A stretch of 63,708 nt of DNA, counting the filler, from Octopus bimaculoides (taxonomy: Eukaryota), in NCBI RefSeq assembly GCF_001194135.2. It is 6 parts of 6 records of this genome, joined end to end, with 100 filler letters (N's around TTAATTAATTAA, not from the genome) between each part and the next. Parts side by side here need not be neighbours in the genome. Positions count along the whole stretch, not along the records: positions 7,982 to 16,753 come from NC_068982.1; positions 16,854 to 21,971 come from NC_068997.1; positions 22,072 to 48,930 come from NC_068991.1; 3 more parts are not named here. One strand, written 5' to 3'. Below the pieces are notes generated by a model, which had not been told where the DNA came from, made no database searches, and saw only the letters and a program-made list of their open reading frames with translations. Positions 12,147-25,392 of this stretch are shown here, piece by piece; the first letter of the stretch is position 1, and each line of letters begins with the position of its first letter. The position numbers and the translations under genes are program-made.

Positions 12147-12991
12147 TGTGCATCCACACACACGCGCGCTCGCGCATACACACACACATGTATACCATTG
12201 ATTTAACTGAATGTATAATTGACTTATATAGTTAAATGTTTTGCATGGACACCTAATTTAGTTTGAATTCTGTAGTGAATCTTATATAATTCCCTCCGCC
12301 AGTTTGCCTCAAGTCATTTCCATAGTGTGTATCTGCTTTATTCTTTGAACAACTGTTAAAAATAATACTCTATATGTGTGTGCGTGCACATGTGTGTGCG
12401 TGAATGTATATGCGTATATGTGTGTGTGCGTGAATGTTATAGCGCTTGAGAGATTATCCTTATATCTCATTGTGTGTACAAATGTGGACTGATAGAGATA
12501 ATCAGAAATACAGGGATACATCAATATATAGACAGATAGTTCAACGCAAAGTAACCACTATTATTTTGCAGCCACTGACAGAAGAGGAAGGCTGAACTTC
12601 TTAGAACACAACACATGATCACTGTATGGTGTATTTTTATGATTAGAACCTCCCTTCACATTAAATCTTTAAAAATATATCACAAAACTTTTGGTATACG
12701 AAACACAATTGGAATTTTGTTGATAGCGATGAAAACACTGAAAAAATAACAAACTGACTTTGAAATCACGGAGAAAATGATTGGAAAACTTCGAACAATG
12801 GACTTGGTAAGAATGGTAGAGATGAGACACAGAATTTTTTGGGTTGCGGTTGTTGAAATTCCCGGTTGTGTAAAACACGCGCACGCATCCACCCACACCG
12901 GCGCTTATATACATCCATACATACATGTATTTATATATTGTTGTATGTGGCTTTTATATAAATCTATATATATGTATATATTCATGTAAGT

Positions 12992-13062
<71 letters not shown>

Positions 13063-13732
13063 CATACATACACACACACACGCATATATATATATACACA
13101 CATATATACGTATATTCATGCATACATACATATACATACACACACACAGAAACACACACACACATATATATGCATATAAATATACGTGCATATGTATATG
13201 TGTATGTATCTATGTATGTATATACATACATGTGTGCTGCGTTAATAAGTATATAATTGTTCTTGATGCAATGACCCAATTAACTCATGCACCTACCCCA
13301 ACAAATACTTCGGCAGATGAACGCACAGTTAATACAGACACATACACATATACACACAATTAAATCACACATACACACTCGCGCAAACAGACACGCACAA
13401 GCACAGGTACACACGTGCACACACAATTTCTTAAAGCAGAGAAATCAATATTTCTTCACACACCTTAATATACACAGCAACCTGTCACCTCGTGAAGACA
13501 ATGTTTTCGGGCAGAAAGTTTGAAGATACTAGGGGCACTGTTGGCCTACGACCGAACGTTATATCTCTTGCTGCATTATGGCTGTCTTTTGTATATATCC
13601 ACACTCTTGCAGACATACACACTGGTATGACGTAACCACATATCTTTACTCTCATACACATTATTTCTTCTAGAAGACCTAATAGATAAGAGGGAGGTGG
13701 AAAAGATGCAAAACAAAAATAACGCAGAAAGA

Positions 13733-13874
<142 letters not shown>

Positions 13875-14059
13875 CAGATGGAAAGAGATAGAGCTTCCGA
13901 TGAAAAGTATGTCGAGAAAGAAAACCTTAGATCCAAAATATTTACACGGGAGAGATGAAACCCTGTTCTTGTATGAAGAGTTTGCTTGGATGTGTTTAAT
14001 GACTAACAATGATTTTTTTTCTCTGGTACAAATAGAAGCAGAATATCTTGGTCTATGTA

Positions 14060-14860
14060 TCAAAATACAATACTGGCTTCCACAATTTCTTTAGTATTAT
14101 GCTCTTTTCTGCAATGTAGAATTTGTATCTATTGGTAGCCTTTAAGTATTGTTTTGATATTCTGCTTGTAGCTAATGCCATTCCCTTCTTGTAACTGCCA
14201 AGCGTCTTGTGTTGAATGAAGCATGTTTTATGTTGAATGAGGCATTTTGGTTGACTTATCTTAGTTTGAGAGATACTTTGACCAATCCAATATACTGTTT
14301 TGCAATGAGGTTCGATTCCTTTGACCAATCCTATGCACTGTTTTTCAATGAGGTTCCAATGAGGTTCTGTGAGGGACATCCACATACTCGAAGTCTGCCA
14401 CATGAAATATGGTATCTGTCCTTTCATTCAGTGACTGTTCTGCATAAACTTCCCGCTTCAGAAGTTTAGTTATTTTCAAGTATTTTCAGTAATTGTACTC
14501 ATGTGCACAGTGTGGATCTATTAAGTTTAGGATCAAACCTCTATTAAACCTAGAATTGAAGTGAGATGGGTTACAAGAATGACTTCCTTCTCATCGTTGT
14601 GTTGGTAGTTCAAAGGGTTCGTAGATGATCTTATCTTTGAATTTACTCCTCTATAGAGTATTATGATAGTAAGGTTTCACCTTGACAAATATCTTTCGCG
14701 ACGTGGCTTTTATAGATTATTTTGCTTATTTTACAAAGATTTTGAACACCCCTGGTTGTTGAAGATACAACATAAGTTAGCTTCTCATTGGGTTTGCTAA
14801 ACTTCTTAATAGAATTAGCAATGTGGCTATGGCCATGGACATCTAGATTAATGTAGTAAT
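14060..14860 (-). mobile_element. Degenerate Penelope-like element: RT C-terminus/thumb plus GIY-YIG endonuclease
   Basis: Broken frames give KFSKPNEKLTYV...FKIFVK...RKIFVKVKPYYHNTL...KFKDKIIYEP...NPSHFNS...LIDPH, then YIGLVKVSLKLR and RYKFYIAEKSIILK. These match PLE motifs KPN..L.YV..SNHP, KPYY..AL, WFNPP, YIG and EK..IL in the right order. Confidence 0.6.
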
Positions 14861-15686
14861 GTTCAGGCTATTGTGCACTTCAGTTCTAGAGTAACAAAGT
14901 ATGTTGTTATAGCTTCGTCAAATAAACGACTGAATCAGATAAATATATAGATTTAATATCAAACAATACAAGAAAATGTATAGAAAAAGTTTAAGAAAAT
15001 TATTCTAATCACATACAAAGAAATGCATCGTGTTGTAGAGTATGGTACTGCGTTGCGCTCTGAGGCATTGCGTCATGGATAAATCCACGAGTGCTCTACC
15101 AAAAACTGTGTAAGTGGTACAAAAACATTGAAATGCACGGTGAATGGAATAATTTCCTTTAGATTGATCCAAAAATTGTTCCAGGAAAAACTGTGAGTAG
15201 GAAGCGATGTTTACACAAAGTTCGTGACGTAGTCACAAAGTTGAATATGTGCACAATTGCCCAACTGCCTTAAAAATATCATGGATTTGGAAGGCAATGA
15301 GCGGGTTGCATAATCGTTGTATATGATGGCAGAGACCTATTCTCTAAGATGAATTATTTGTGATGAGTGAATATCAAAAGCAAATTTCTGGGAGGTATGT
15401 ATCGGTATCTGACATGGGCGTAAGCAGATGATTCTGAGATTGATTAGGAATACTTGAAATGTCTTGAAATATTATAGGCACTTGTAGATAATATCCGTTC
15501 AACGCGGTTTGGAAGGTGGGATACAAAGTTAACCTTAAAACTACTCTGAGCTCATCGGTAGCTGCCTCTATAATCCTCAGAGAAGTACTCAAGATTCTAC
15601 TTCCGGATTACATCTGGTTTATTAAGTAAGATATCAATGACTGCATTGTCTGTTCCTACTTCGTACAGATTATGCAGTCAGTGGGT

Positions 15687-15741
<55 letters not shown>

Positions 15742-15743
<2 letters not shown>

Positions 15744-16110
15744 AGGTGCGTAAGATATTTGAATACAGATTTATGTTTATAAAAAAAAAACAGATATATA
15801 ATAACACATAATAACTTTATCAAAAATGCTATGACGATAAAAATAAACCTTCTTTTCTATAATGTTATTCAATAAAGCCCCTTTCAGCTTCTACAACTGC
15901 TTCTATATGAAATCTAAATCATCTTCATGCTCGAATCAAGTGGTCCTGGTTCATTTTGGACATTACCCTGACAATGGCAGCTTTCAAAGAATCTTTGGTG
16001 TTATGGTCGTGTTCATTGACCCCCTCTCTTAACAACGCTCCAAATGTAATAGTGCAATGGATTGAGATCTGGGGAATTAGGAGGTCAAATGTTAGGGGCT
16101 ATGTGATCAT
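15742..16110 (-). mobile_element. Tc1/mariner (maT/DD37D-like) transposase C-terminus and right end
   Basis: HIAPNI*PPNSPDLNPLHYYIWSVV...NTKDSLKAAIVRVMSKMNQDHLIRA...IEAVVEAERGFIE*. Terminal TA|CAAGGTGCG at 15740. Confidence 0.85.
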
Positions 16111-16159
16111 GAAAATTTTCAGCCATCTATTCCTGTGTAAAGTAAAGCCGCTTTGCACA

Positions 16160-16653
16160 GATTGACCATCAATTGTGCGGTTTCAGGCCACTAAATTTTA
16201 ACGTTCTAGCTCACTTCCGCTGTTTACAGCAGAGCTTGGAAGGAAGGTTTGTAGCGTCTGATCGTCGCATTGACTACGACAGAGAAAGTTGCCATGGTGA
16301 TACCTGCCCAGAGGCCTACGCAAGGTTGCAGAAAGATTATGGAGAGGAGTCTATGAACTGTACACACGTTTACGAGTGGTTCAATTGTTTCCAAGATGGC
16401 CGAAAAATGTTGATATTGACGAACATTCCGGGAAACCCACAACCAGCAGAACTGAGAAAAACATCGTTGATGTGCGTGCAGCTGTGAGAGGAAATCGTTG
16501 AATCACCATCTATGAGGTATCAGAAAATGTGAACATAAATTTCGCTTCACTTTGATCCGTTATCACTGAAGATTTGGGTATGAGACGCGTGTCTGCCAAG
16601 TGTGTACCAAAACTGCTTTCAGCTGACCCAAAAGACAGTCGGGTTTCAGAATG
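16160..16653 (+). mobile_element. mariner (DD34D) 5' part with HTH DNA-binding region, frameshifted
   Basis: EAYARLQKDYGEESMNCTHVYEWFNCFQDGR / DEHSGKPTTSRTEKNIVDVRAAVRGNR*ITI..VSE...VITEDLGMRRVSAKCVPKLLS. Confidence 0.85.
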
Positions 16654-16688
16654 TATACATATAGATACATACATGCATATATACATGC

Positions 16689-16719
<31 letters not shown>

Positions 16720-17197
16720 CATAGATGCATACATAAATATATGCATATATATANNNNNNNNNNNNNNNNNNNNNNNNNNNNNNNNNNNNNNNNNNNNTTA
16801 ATTAATTAANNNNNNNNNNNNNNNNNNNNNNNNNNNNNNNNNNNNNNNNNNNNGTATGCATGTATGTATGTGTATATATATATATATGAATGAATACATG
16901 GATGGATGGGTATGTAAATATATGTGTGCATGTGTGTGTACATATATAGACGTGTGTGCGTGTATGTCTTTGTATTTGTGTTGTATTTGTCCCCACTAGC
17001 ACTTGACAACCAGTGTGATTTATCTGAATCCTCATAACTTAGCACTTCGGCAATAGCTTTTCCGAATGTCGTGAAGAAGGGGTCTTCACTCCGAAATATA
17101 GAAATACAAGATAAAACTGCAACTTTGTTCCGTAATCTTTTCCTTTTGTAGTTTACTTTGTGCCTTCTCGTATTGTTCCGGCTTTGCACAACTACAA

Positions 17198-17230
<33 letters not shown>

Positions 17231-17448
17231 AATATATACATATATATATATATATNNNNNNNNNNTGAAACTGACTTTTTGTGATATTTTTGCTGCTTTT
17301 TAATAAAGCATATTACTCTACCTCTGGTATTCGAGTACTATTTTCCACCTTGTTTCGTATTTATGTGCTTACTCTGGTACAGACAGATAGATAGATAGAC
17401 AGACAGACTGACAGACAGACTGACAGACAGACAGACAGGTAGGTAGGT

Positions 17449-17501
<53 letters not shown>

Positions 17502-18117
17502 ATATACACATACTTACGTACACTAACACACACATATAGACGACTGGCTTCATTCTTTCAGTTTCCCTCTACGACTCTACACCCAAGGTTTATATAACCC
17601 CGCCCCGGGGTTATATTGGAAGACTTATCCTAAATACTGACGTGAGACTGAAACCAGAGCCATGTAGTTGAGAAGCAAACTTCATACCAAACAGCCACGC
17701 TAGCGCCTTAAGAGCAGCGCCTTAAGAGCAGCGCCCGAGTATGGCTGCAATCCCATAAATGAAATCAATAAAACTAATTCAAAACACTAAAGCAATAATC
17801 AAATGTTTATTTTTAAAAAAAATATTCGATTCAGCCACTGTGAAGAACTTCTAGACTGTCCAGAATTTATTGGTCAATTTCATTATCACACTGACAGCCA
17901 TCTCCCCACCGATGTTGCGTCTTCTCCTTCGACTCATAATTCTTATGGTGCTGTCTACACTTTACGCTCCATTTGAAAAGATTCCATTTCATAATTTGAT
18001 CTTCTTAAATCCAAAATATTGATTTAATATCTAATATACTTACAATCTGTATTCTTCGTACTGGCGGCTTTCTTTACTTAGTTTTAGTTATATTTAATAA
18101 CAATTATTATTCTTCAA

Positions 18118-18165
<48 letters not shown>

Positions 18166-18208
18166 GTTGTTGTTATTGTTATCATTATTATAATTATTAT
18201 TATTATTA

Positions 18209-18428
18209 AGGCGGCGAGCTGGCAGAATCGTTAGCACGCCGAGCGAAATGCTTAGCGGTACTTCGTCTGTGTTTACGTTCTGAGTTCAAATTTCGCCAAG
18301 GTCGAATTTACTTTTTATCTTTCCTGCATCGATAAATTAAGTACCAGATGAGTACTGAGGTTGCTGTGATCGACTGTCCCCTCACCACGAAATCCAGGGT
18401 TTGTGCCCATAGTAGAAAGGATTATTAT
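18209..18428 (+). mobile_element. tRNA-derived SINE, family A
   Basis: aaggcggcgagctggcagaatcgttagcacgcc...gagttcaaatt...gtcga...aagtaccag...tagtagaaaggattatta. Preceded by an (ATT)n tract. Confidence 0.85.
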
Positions 18429-18612
18429 TATATGTTTGATTTTTGCTTTGTATTTAAACAAGTTGGCTCCAAGTCTCACCCAGAGACCTCAAGAGACAAC
18501 AAGTTAGAAGTTCAAGTTGGTGTTATGCCTTGGGTGTCATATATTTGGTTTCGCACATAGTATTGTTCTAGAGAATGTTTAAGAAAACATAAGAAAATTA
18601 TATTTGTGTGCC

Positions 18613-18990
18613 TGAGGTGGTGAGCTGGCAGAATCATTTGGACGCCAGGCGAAACGTTTAACGGCATTTCGCCCGTCGCTACGCTCTGAGTTCAAATTCT
18701 GCCGAGGTCGACTTTGCCTTACATCCTTTTGGAATCGATGAAAAAGTACCAGTCGAGTACTGGCGTCGATGTAACTGAATATCTCCTTCCCCCAATTTCA
18801 GTCATTGCGCCTATAGTAGTAAATAGAAAGGATGTGTGTGTGTGTGTGTGTGTGAGGTAGTGATTAAGCAGAATCGTTAGATAAAATGGCTTAGATTCTG
18901 AGTTGGCCAGCAACGATACAGGGGTTGAGTTACATCGCTCTTGCCTTTCCGTGGACAACATCTGTAATATTGAAAGGGGAGACTTGCAGC
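18613..18990 (+). mobile_element. Two further family A SINE copies in tandem (18613-18820 and about 18855-18990)
   Basis: Repeated head tgagctggcagaatc / taagcagaatcgttag and shared body. Other family A copies lie near 20850 (-), 31300, 36010, 39003, 40290 (-) and 53930. Confidence 0.75.
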
Positions 18991-19016
18991 ATACCCTTCT
19001 CGCGTTTATTTCCTCG

Positions 19017-19600
19017 TAGTTTTCAGAAAAAAGTATTTTTAATGAAATTTCCCACAAATATCTTTCAGATGGTCTAGATTCCAACTATATTGGAATTTGT
19101 TGCGAATTTTTTTTTCAAAATGTGGAGTAGGGAAGTTTCGTATAATTCACACGAGCCGATTTTGTTTCCTCATAACTTTCAGAAAATGGGATTTTTGAAA
19201 GATAATTTTTACAATTGCATTTCAGATGTAAATTACTAAATATATTGACACCCGTACACGTAAACACTGACACACACCCAATTCATATCTACAAAAATAT
19301 TTGAAATTTTGAGAAAAATTGTGATGTGTGCCAGTATGTATGTGTGCGCGCACATCATTTTTTTTTGGGGGGGGGTTTCACATTAAGTTCCAATATAGTT
19401 GTAATCAACATCTTCTGAAAGATATTTGTTGAAAATTTCACAAGAAAATACCCATCTTTTTGAAAACTATAAGAAAACAAAGTGAACTTATGGGAATTAT
19501 CCGAAACTGCACTCCTCTGCTTCCAAAGAAAATTTTCAAACCAAATTCCCATATAACCGTAATCTACACAATCTGAAAAGTATTTGTAGAAATTTTCACA
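19017..19600. mobile_element. Foldback-like element with modular inverted arms
   Basis: The unit aaattccaatatagttggaatctagaccatctgaaagatatttg occurs in reverse near 19050-19100 (weakly again near 19210) and forward near 19386 and 19540. Confidence 0.55.
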
Positions 19601-19917
19601 CACACACACACACNNNNNNNNNNNNNNNNNNNNNNNNNNNNNNNNNNNNNNNNNNNNNNNNNNNNNNNNNNNNNNNNNNNNNNNNNNNNNNNNNNNNNNN
19701 NNNNNNNNNNNNNNNNNNNNNNNNNNNNNNNNNNNNNNNNNNNNNNNNNNNNNNNNNNNNNNNNNNNNNNNNNNNNNNNNNNNNNNNNNNNNNNNNNNNN
19801 NNNNNNNNNNNNNNNNNNNNNNNNNNNNNNNNNNNNNNNNNNNNNNNNNNNNNNNNNNNNNNNNNNNNNNNNNNNNNNNNNNNNNNNNNNNNNNNNNNNN
19901 NNATATATATATATATG

Positions 19918-20070
19918 TGAAGTAAAAAGTTTGCTTCCCTCCCATATAGTTCAAGGCTCAGACCCATCGTGCAACACCTTGGACAAGTGTATTCCATTAC
20001 AGCCCTGGGCTGATCAATAACTTGCAAGGGAATTTTGTAGACAGAAACTGAAAGAAGCCCATCATAAATA

Positions 20071-20105
<35 letters not shown>

Positions 20106-20300
20106 ATGAATGCATGTGTGAGTGCATTTGTATCTGTACCATACTGTTTGACAGCGAGTGATAATTTACTTAGTCCTCATAACTTAGCAGTTCGGCAAAA
20201 AAGACCAATAAAATATGTACCAGACATTAAAAGGTAATTCTTCGAGGTATTGCCCCAGCATGGCTGCAGTTCAACATCTGAAACAAATAAAAGATTAAAG
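19918..20300 (+). mobile_element. SINE family B, full copy with central (TG)n
   Basis: Head (caccttggacaagtg...gacagaaactgaaagaagccc), TG tract, tail (aacttagcagttcggcaaaa...ccccagcatggctgcag). Further copies lie near 16990, 17550, 21587, 27875, 34345, 37745, 39250, 41930, 48200, 53300, 54950 and 61790. Confidence 0.8.
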
Positions 20301-21096
20301 ATTCACCAGAAGTGTTGAACTACAGGACTCAATACAAGTGTAAAGTACTCTTTAATGCCTTGTAACTCTGAAAGGCTCTTATTTCCTGTACTTAGAGTCT
20401 CTCATTTTCGATCATCAGCAGATAATCTAAGCCTGCTTTTCTTTTGAAATATTCATTGTTGAATATTCTTTGAAATATGAAATGGAAATTTGAAGAATAC
20501 ACTTTCCTTGTGAGCGATACTTACAAAAATGGCTCTTTGAAGATTATGTTTTTAATTTCATTTCTACTTCTCGTGAGAATATTCGAAACTGTCTTAAACT
20601 TCATACGAGCGAAATCATTCTAATGACTTTCCACATGGAATTATGTAACTAATATATCAAAGAAATACTTTTAGTTAATATTTCTTTTTCTAACAAGGAG
20701 TGTGTGCTTGTGCAATTTACGTGCTCCTGTGCTAATGCATATACATTTATAGACATGATTATATGTGTATTCATACATAGACAGAAGCATACGTGAACAA
20801 CCACCCACACTAAAATATATATTAGTTTCAAATTATGGCACAGGGCCAGTAATTTTGAGTGAGAGTAAGTCCCAAAACGATAAAAGGCAAAGTTGACATC
20901 AGCAGAATTTGAACTCAGATACAAGACAGGTTTCACACACACACACATACATATGTATACTGTTAATAAAGTCGGGGTGCATGCGTTCCGTTAATTAAAT
21001 GAAAAAATACATTATAAATAAACAACGACAGGTAAAAAAAAATAGCGTTTACGTATACTGAGTGTACAACCGGACGGAAGACAGACACGCAAGGTC

Positions 21097-21152
21097 CCTA
21101 ATTCTTCATCAGTTATCAGCCAAATGGTAATACTCAGTTTCATACCATTAAG
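21097..21152 (-). ncRNA. Type II hammerhead ribozyme candidate with intact core
   Basis: Minus strand: CUUAAUGGUAU-GAAA-C-UGA-G-UA-UUACCA-UUUGGC-UGAUAA-CUGAUGA-AGAAUUAGG. Stem I has 5 of 6 pairs, stem III has 2 bp, and stem II is interrupted. Confidence 0.45.
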
Positions 21153-22623
21153 TATATAGAAAATAGCAAATACCAAGACAGAATTTTTTACGACCGGTCA
21201 GCTACGCAACTGGTGTGAAAAATGAGAGAATGAAAGGAAATCTGGGCACGGGTCACGTGTCAGAAGCATGTAGAGGAGAAAAAGGGCAAGAGAGAGAGAG
21301 AGATGACAGACATGACTAGATTACATACTGGCTCTCCTCCTTCAGCAATGCATAATGGACCAGTCTAACAATGCCGTGCTGTTAATATTTTTTAAACACA
21401 GATACTCAATATCTTGACTTAAATATCTTTCTTAGTCCACCTTCACTAACTCCGTAAAACCATTCACTTTTATCATGAATTGTTTTTGTTCATTTTGCAA
21501 AAGGTAATGGTTTGCAGTGCCATATATGATTACTATTTATTTTATTTTATTTATTTATTTATTTATTTGCAAAATCTACAATATCTTAGGTGCAGGTATG
21601 GCTCTGTGGTCAGAAGCTTGCTTCCCAGCCACACGGCTCTGGGTTCAGTCCCACTGTGTGGCACCTTGGGCAAGTGTCTTCTACTGTAGCCTCAATCAGA
21701 CCAAAGCCTTGAGTCCACCACAACTTGACATCCTGTGTCAGTGCTTACATCTCCGTAACATAGTAGTTCAACAAAAGAGATCGATAAAATAAGTACCAAG
21801 TTTTAAACAAATTACTAGGGTTGATTCATTCGGCTAAAAAATTTTCTTCAGAGTGGTGCTCCAGCATGGCTGGAGTCTAACGATTGAAGCAAATAAAAAA
21901 AAAGATAAATATTAAATATATTCATTTTTTTTCCTTCAAAAATTAGAAGAAAAAAAAAACTATGGGACTTGNNNNNNNNNNNNNNNNNNNNNNNNNNNNN
22001 NNNNNNNNNNNNNNNTTAATTAATTAANNNNNNNNNNNNNNNNNNNNNNNNNNNNNNNNNNNNNNNNNNNNTATATTTCAAGCACTAAGATGAAATCTGG
22101 AAGTTGACTAGGTTTAGAAACCAAAGACTATGCGTTTAATAAAAAGTAAATAATATTGTTTATTTTTTTTTATTTTTCGTTTTTGGCTGAATTTTCAATT
22201 TGAAAAGTATCTTTATCAAAGATTGAGACAGAGACCTGAGCAAAGTTGTGTATTTTATGAATAGAACATAAGCCTTGTCGTGTAACGATAAAACTTATGT
22301 TTTATTAATAAATAAAATTATAAAAGTCATGTTTTATTAATCACCTTGTTCTGTGTTTTCAAAGCTGTTCAAATTTTAAATTTCGTCACAGTGCTTCACA
22401 TTTCATCTTAGAATATAAAGAAAACGTATATATAATACTCTAAGACTTTCAGACAAGATGAAATGGGATAATAATTATATTATATTTTCTGTTAAATCAA
22501 CTGGTTTCGTCTCAGAGATAAAACGTATCTTGTAAATTTGTCTCCTGTCAGTTAGGTAAGAAGATTCCAGTGCTGCTACCATAACAACTGCTGCTGTCGC
22601 TGCTGCTGCTGCTGCTGCTGATA

Positions 22624-22658
<35 letters not shown>

Positions 22659-22850
22659 ATTTGGCCTCTGAAAAATGTAGTCGAAATGTCTGTTCGTCCG
22701 TCTGTTCAATCTTACTTGTTATGTATCTCTATTGCTATTTGACAAAAAATTATTTTCAAAATGAAAATTCCGAGAATATACGATAAGACTTGTTTTCCGT
22801 TTTTTGTTTCAAAATTTATTCAATATACATACATACATACACACACAGAG

Positions 22851-22893
<43 letters not shown>

Positions 22894-22985
22894 CGAGACC
22901 TGATCAATACGTATCCTGACTGTTACCATAGGAACGAAGCTGAAGCACGCAGAGTAAAGCTGCTTGGCACAGATTGATCCAATGA
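22894..22985 (+). mobile_element. mariner left end (TIR plus 5' UTR fragment)
   Basis: TA|CGAGACCTGATCAATACGTATCCTGACTG, a mariner-style terminus following a TA array. Confidence 0.55.
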
Positions 22986-23260
22986 TGTCGCCTCATTGGC
23001 TAGGCGAGCAGGGTCAAGATTCCCTCTGAACGGAAGGTTAATCCGCGTCACAAATAAAACATACAAATCTGCACATATACATACATGCAAAAAATATCCT
23101 GTTGTTGATGTTGAAATTCCAATGAAAGAGCCTTGGCTCTAGGTTAGAAACCGGTTCTTTCTCTATTGGAAAGTAATCTTGAAATAAAGCTGAATAATGA
23201 CATATATTGCGATAGAAACGCATACGTTATTATAGACATTGTTGACTCAACTATACCAGT

Positions 23261-23995
23261 GTAAAAGATATTAGCCACAACATCAAAAACTGCTCCCAAA
23301 ATGGCGACGAGATACTGCCCGCTCTTGAGGCATGACAGATTTGTAAAAACTATTTACAATGCTATCTGCAGGGAGGATTGCCTTGATGTGTACATCAAAG
23401 GTTTGTCAGACCCTGCGTATCTTCACACCTTTGAAACCAACGAAGATTGATGGAACACTCCAATAAAAACAGCCTGATCTTGTTCTGTTGGACAGGGAAC
23501 AAAATTCATACTCTGTTGCAGAGTTCAGCTGTCCAGCGGATGTTAATGTACAATCAAAAGTCCAGGAAAAAGAGAACATTTAAGGCGAATTAATGCGGAA
23601 CCATCAGATCTTGTACCCTGACTATGAATTCTAATTTCTACCTATCAGCATAGGTGAATTATGCCATGTACCAAAGAAATTGCACAAAAAATCTAAGTCC
23701 TCGGTTTCACGGAAACATGTGCAAAACAAACTGACGCAGATTCTTCAAATCCATTGTATTAGCGGCTCAGTGGATATTTGTAAGACATTTCAAAGACTAT
23801 CCATCTGAGATTCTTATGAGAATAGATGCACACAATTGGATGTATGCATCGACAGTCCAACAAACACACCAACTCAATCACGTGTTCACAAAGACTGGGA
23901 ACACTCTTAACTCAAAACGTGTTGTCGCTTTATTAGCGACCGGACTGAATACACTTCAGAACAAAATACATACATACATACATACATACATACAC
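23261..23995 (+). mobile_element. 3' end of an R4/Dong-like RLE non-LTR retrotransposon with 3' UTR and (TACA)n tail
   Basis: DISHNIKNC / PKMATRYCPLLRHDRFVKTIYNAIC (CCHC knuckle remnant), then PDLVLLDREQ...AEFSCPADVNVQSKVQEKENI...FLPISIG...ISGSVDICKTF (PD-(D/E)xK RLE). ORF stop at 23808. Confidence 0.8.
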
Positions 23996-25392
23996 AGATG
24001 ATTCATAGTAATCCTAAATTCAAGTTATAAAATTGCTTCCTTTTCCCATCATTAACTTTATCATATTTAAAATGTACATGTTTGATGGTAAGCAATTTAC
24101 TTTAAACAACAACCATTTTAAAAATTAAGTCAGTAAGATTAGCTGTGATTTCAAAATGCTAAGCTATAGGATTTGAGAATTATGCACAACAGATAATACT
24201 AAATATAACAGCTGAAAATTAAGAATAATCGTTTAGTCTGTGATAAATCATTATATGTATGTAAATACAATATATAAGATAGGTGTTCTTACTTCAATAT
24301 ACAGCAAAACTGTGAAAGGAATATTTATAAAGAAACACTTCATTGTACGAAGATGAGTGTAATATTCCAAAGTATGGTAATTCAATATGAGAAGCCTCAT
24401 TTATGAATACATATAAATTTACATATAGGACATAGAAGTCGTTGCGCAATGAATATAACATAGTTTTCAAAATGATATATACGGAGGTAAACTTGTTAGT
24501 AATATAGTTTGCAGCTAAAAGGTGTATAGAATCTTCTGTCTTATGACAATTGATCCGAGAAACCTTTTAGATGTAAATGTATATAATTTTTTACTCAAGG
24601 AGAAGGTTAACAGTGGCTTCGAACTTTCGATTTTCCTGACATCCTTATGTAGGTATATGTGTGTGCGCGCGTCTGTATGTGTGTATGTGTGTGAATGTAT
24701 ATGTGTAATTGTACACGTATATATATACATATATCTATATCTATATATATATATATCAATAGGTGTGTATATATATTTATGCGTGTGTGTGTGCATGATT
24801 GTGAACAGTTGGAAAATGTCTGTGTTTATGTGTATGTATGTACGAGTGTATAGGTTTGTCTGTATATATGCATGTATGCATTTACATATATATGTATGCA
24901 CACACGCACAAATGGTAATGCAATTCAATTGTATTTAGAATTTAGAATGCGCTGTTAAGAAAATATAAGAGCTCTGAAGAGAACATTTACATGGTAAACA
25001 CAATGAAAGTATGACAGCAGTTGGAATAAAAAGATGAAAATATATGGAAATCTGTATAGAATGAAAATAGAAATTGTAGCAAAGTAATTTAGAAGTAGTT
25101 TTGAAACTTGCGAATTTTTCTATATATTTTATAAAGTATAGAAACTACATGGAAAAGCTGTTAACTACAAAGCAAGCTCCCCAAAACATGTCCCCTTAAC
25201 ATAGAATTAAGGATCATCCCATGAATACTGCACATTTTTCAATTGCATGAAGTAAAAGTTGGAGGGGAACAGGATAATCCACCTGCATTAACTTGCTGCA
25301 AAAGCAGGTAGTAATTCTACCTTGTACTTATTCTTAGTGCAAGTATTGAAGAGTGCAATTTGATTTTAATAGTTATTTTTTTCAAAGTTATA

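Noticed and set aside
18209-18300. tRNA genes at SINE heads
   Set aside because: They have A/B-box-like motifs but no complete cloverleaf, and they continue into SINE bodies.
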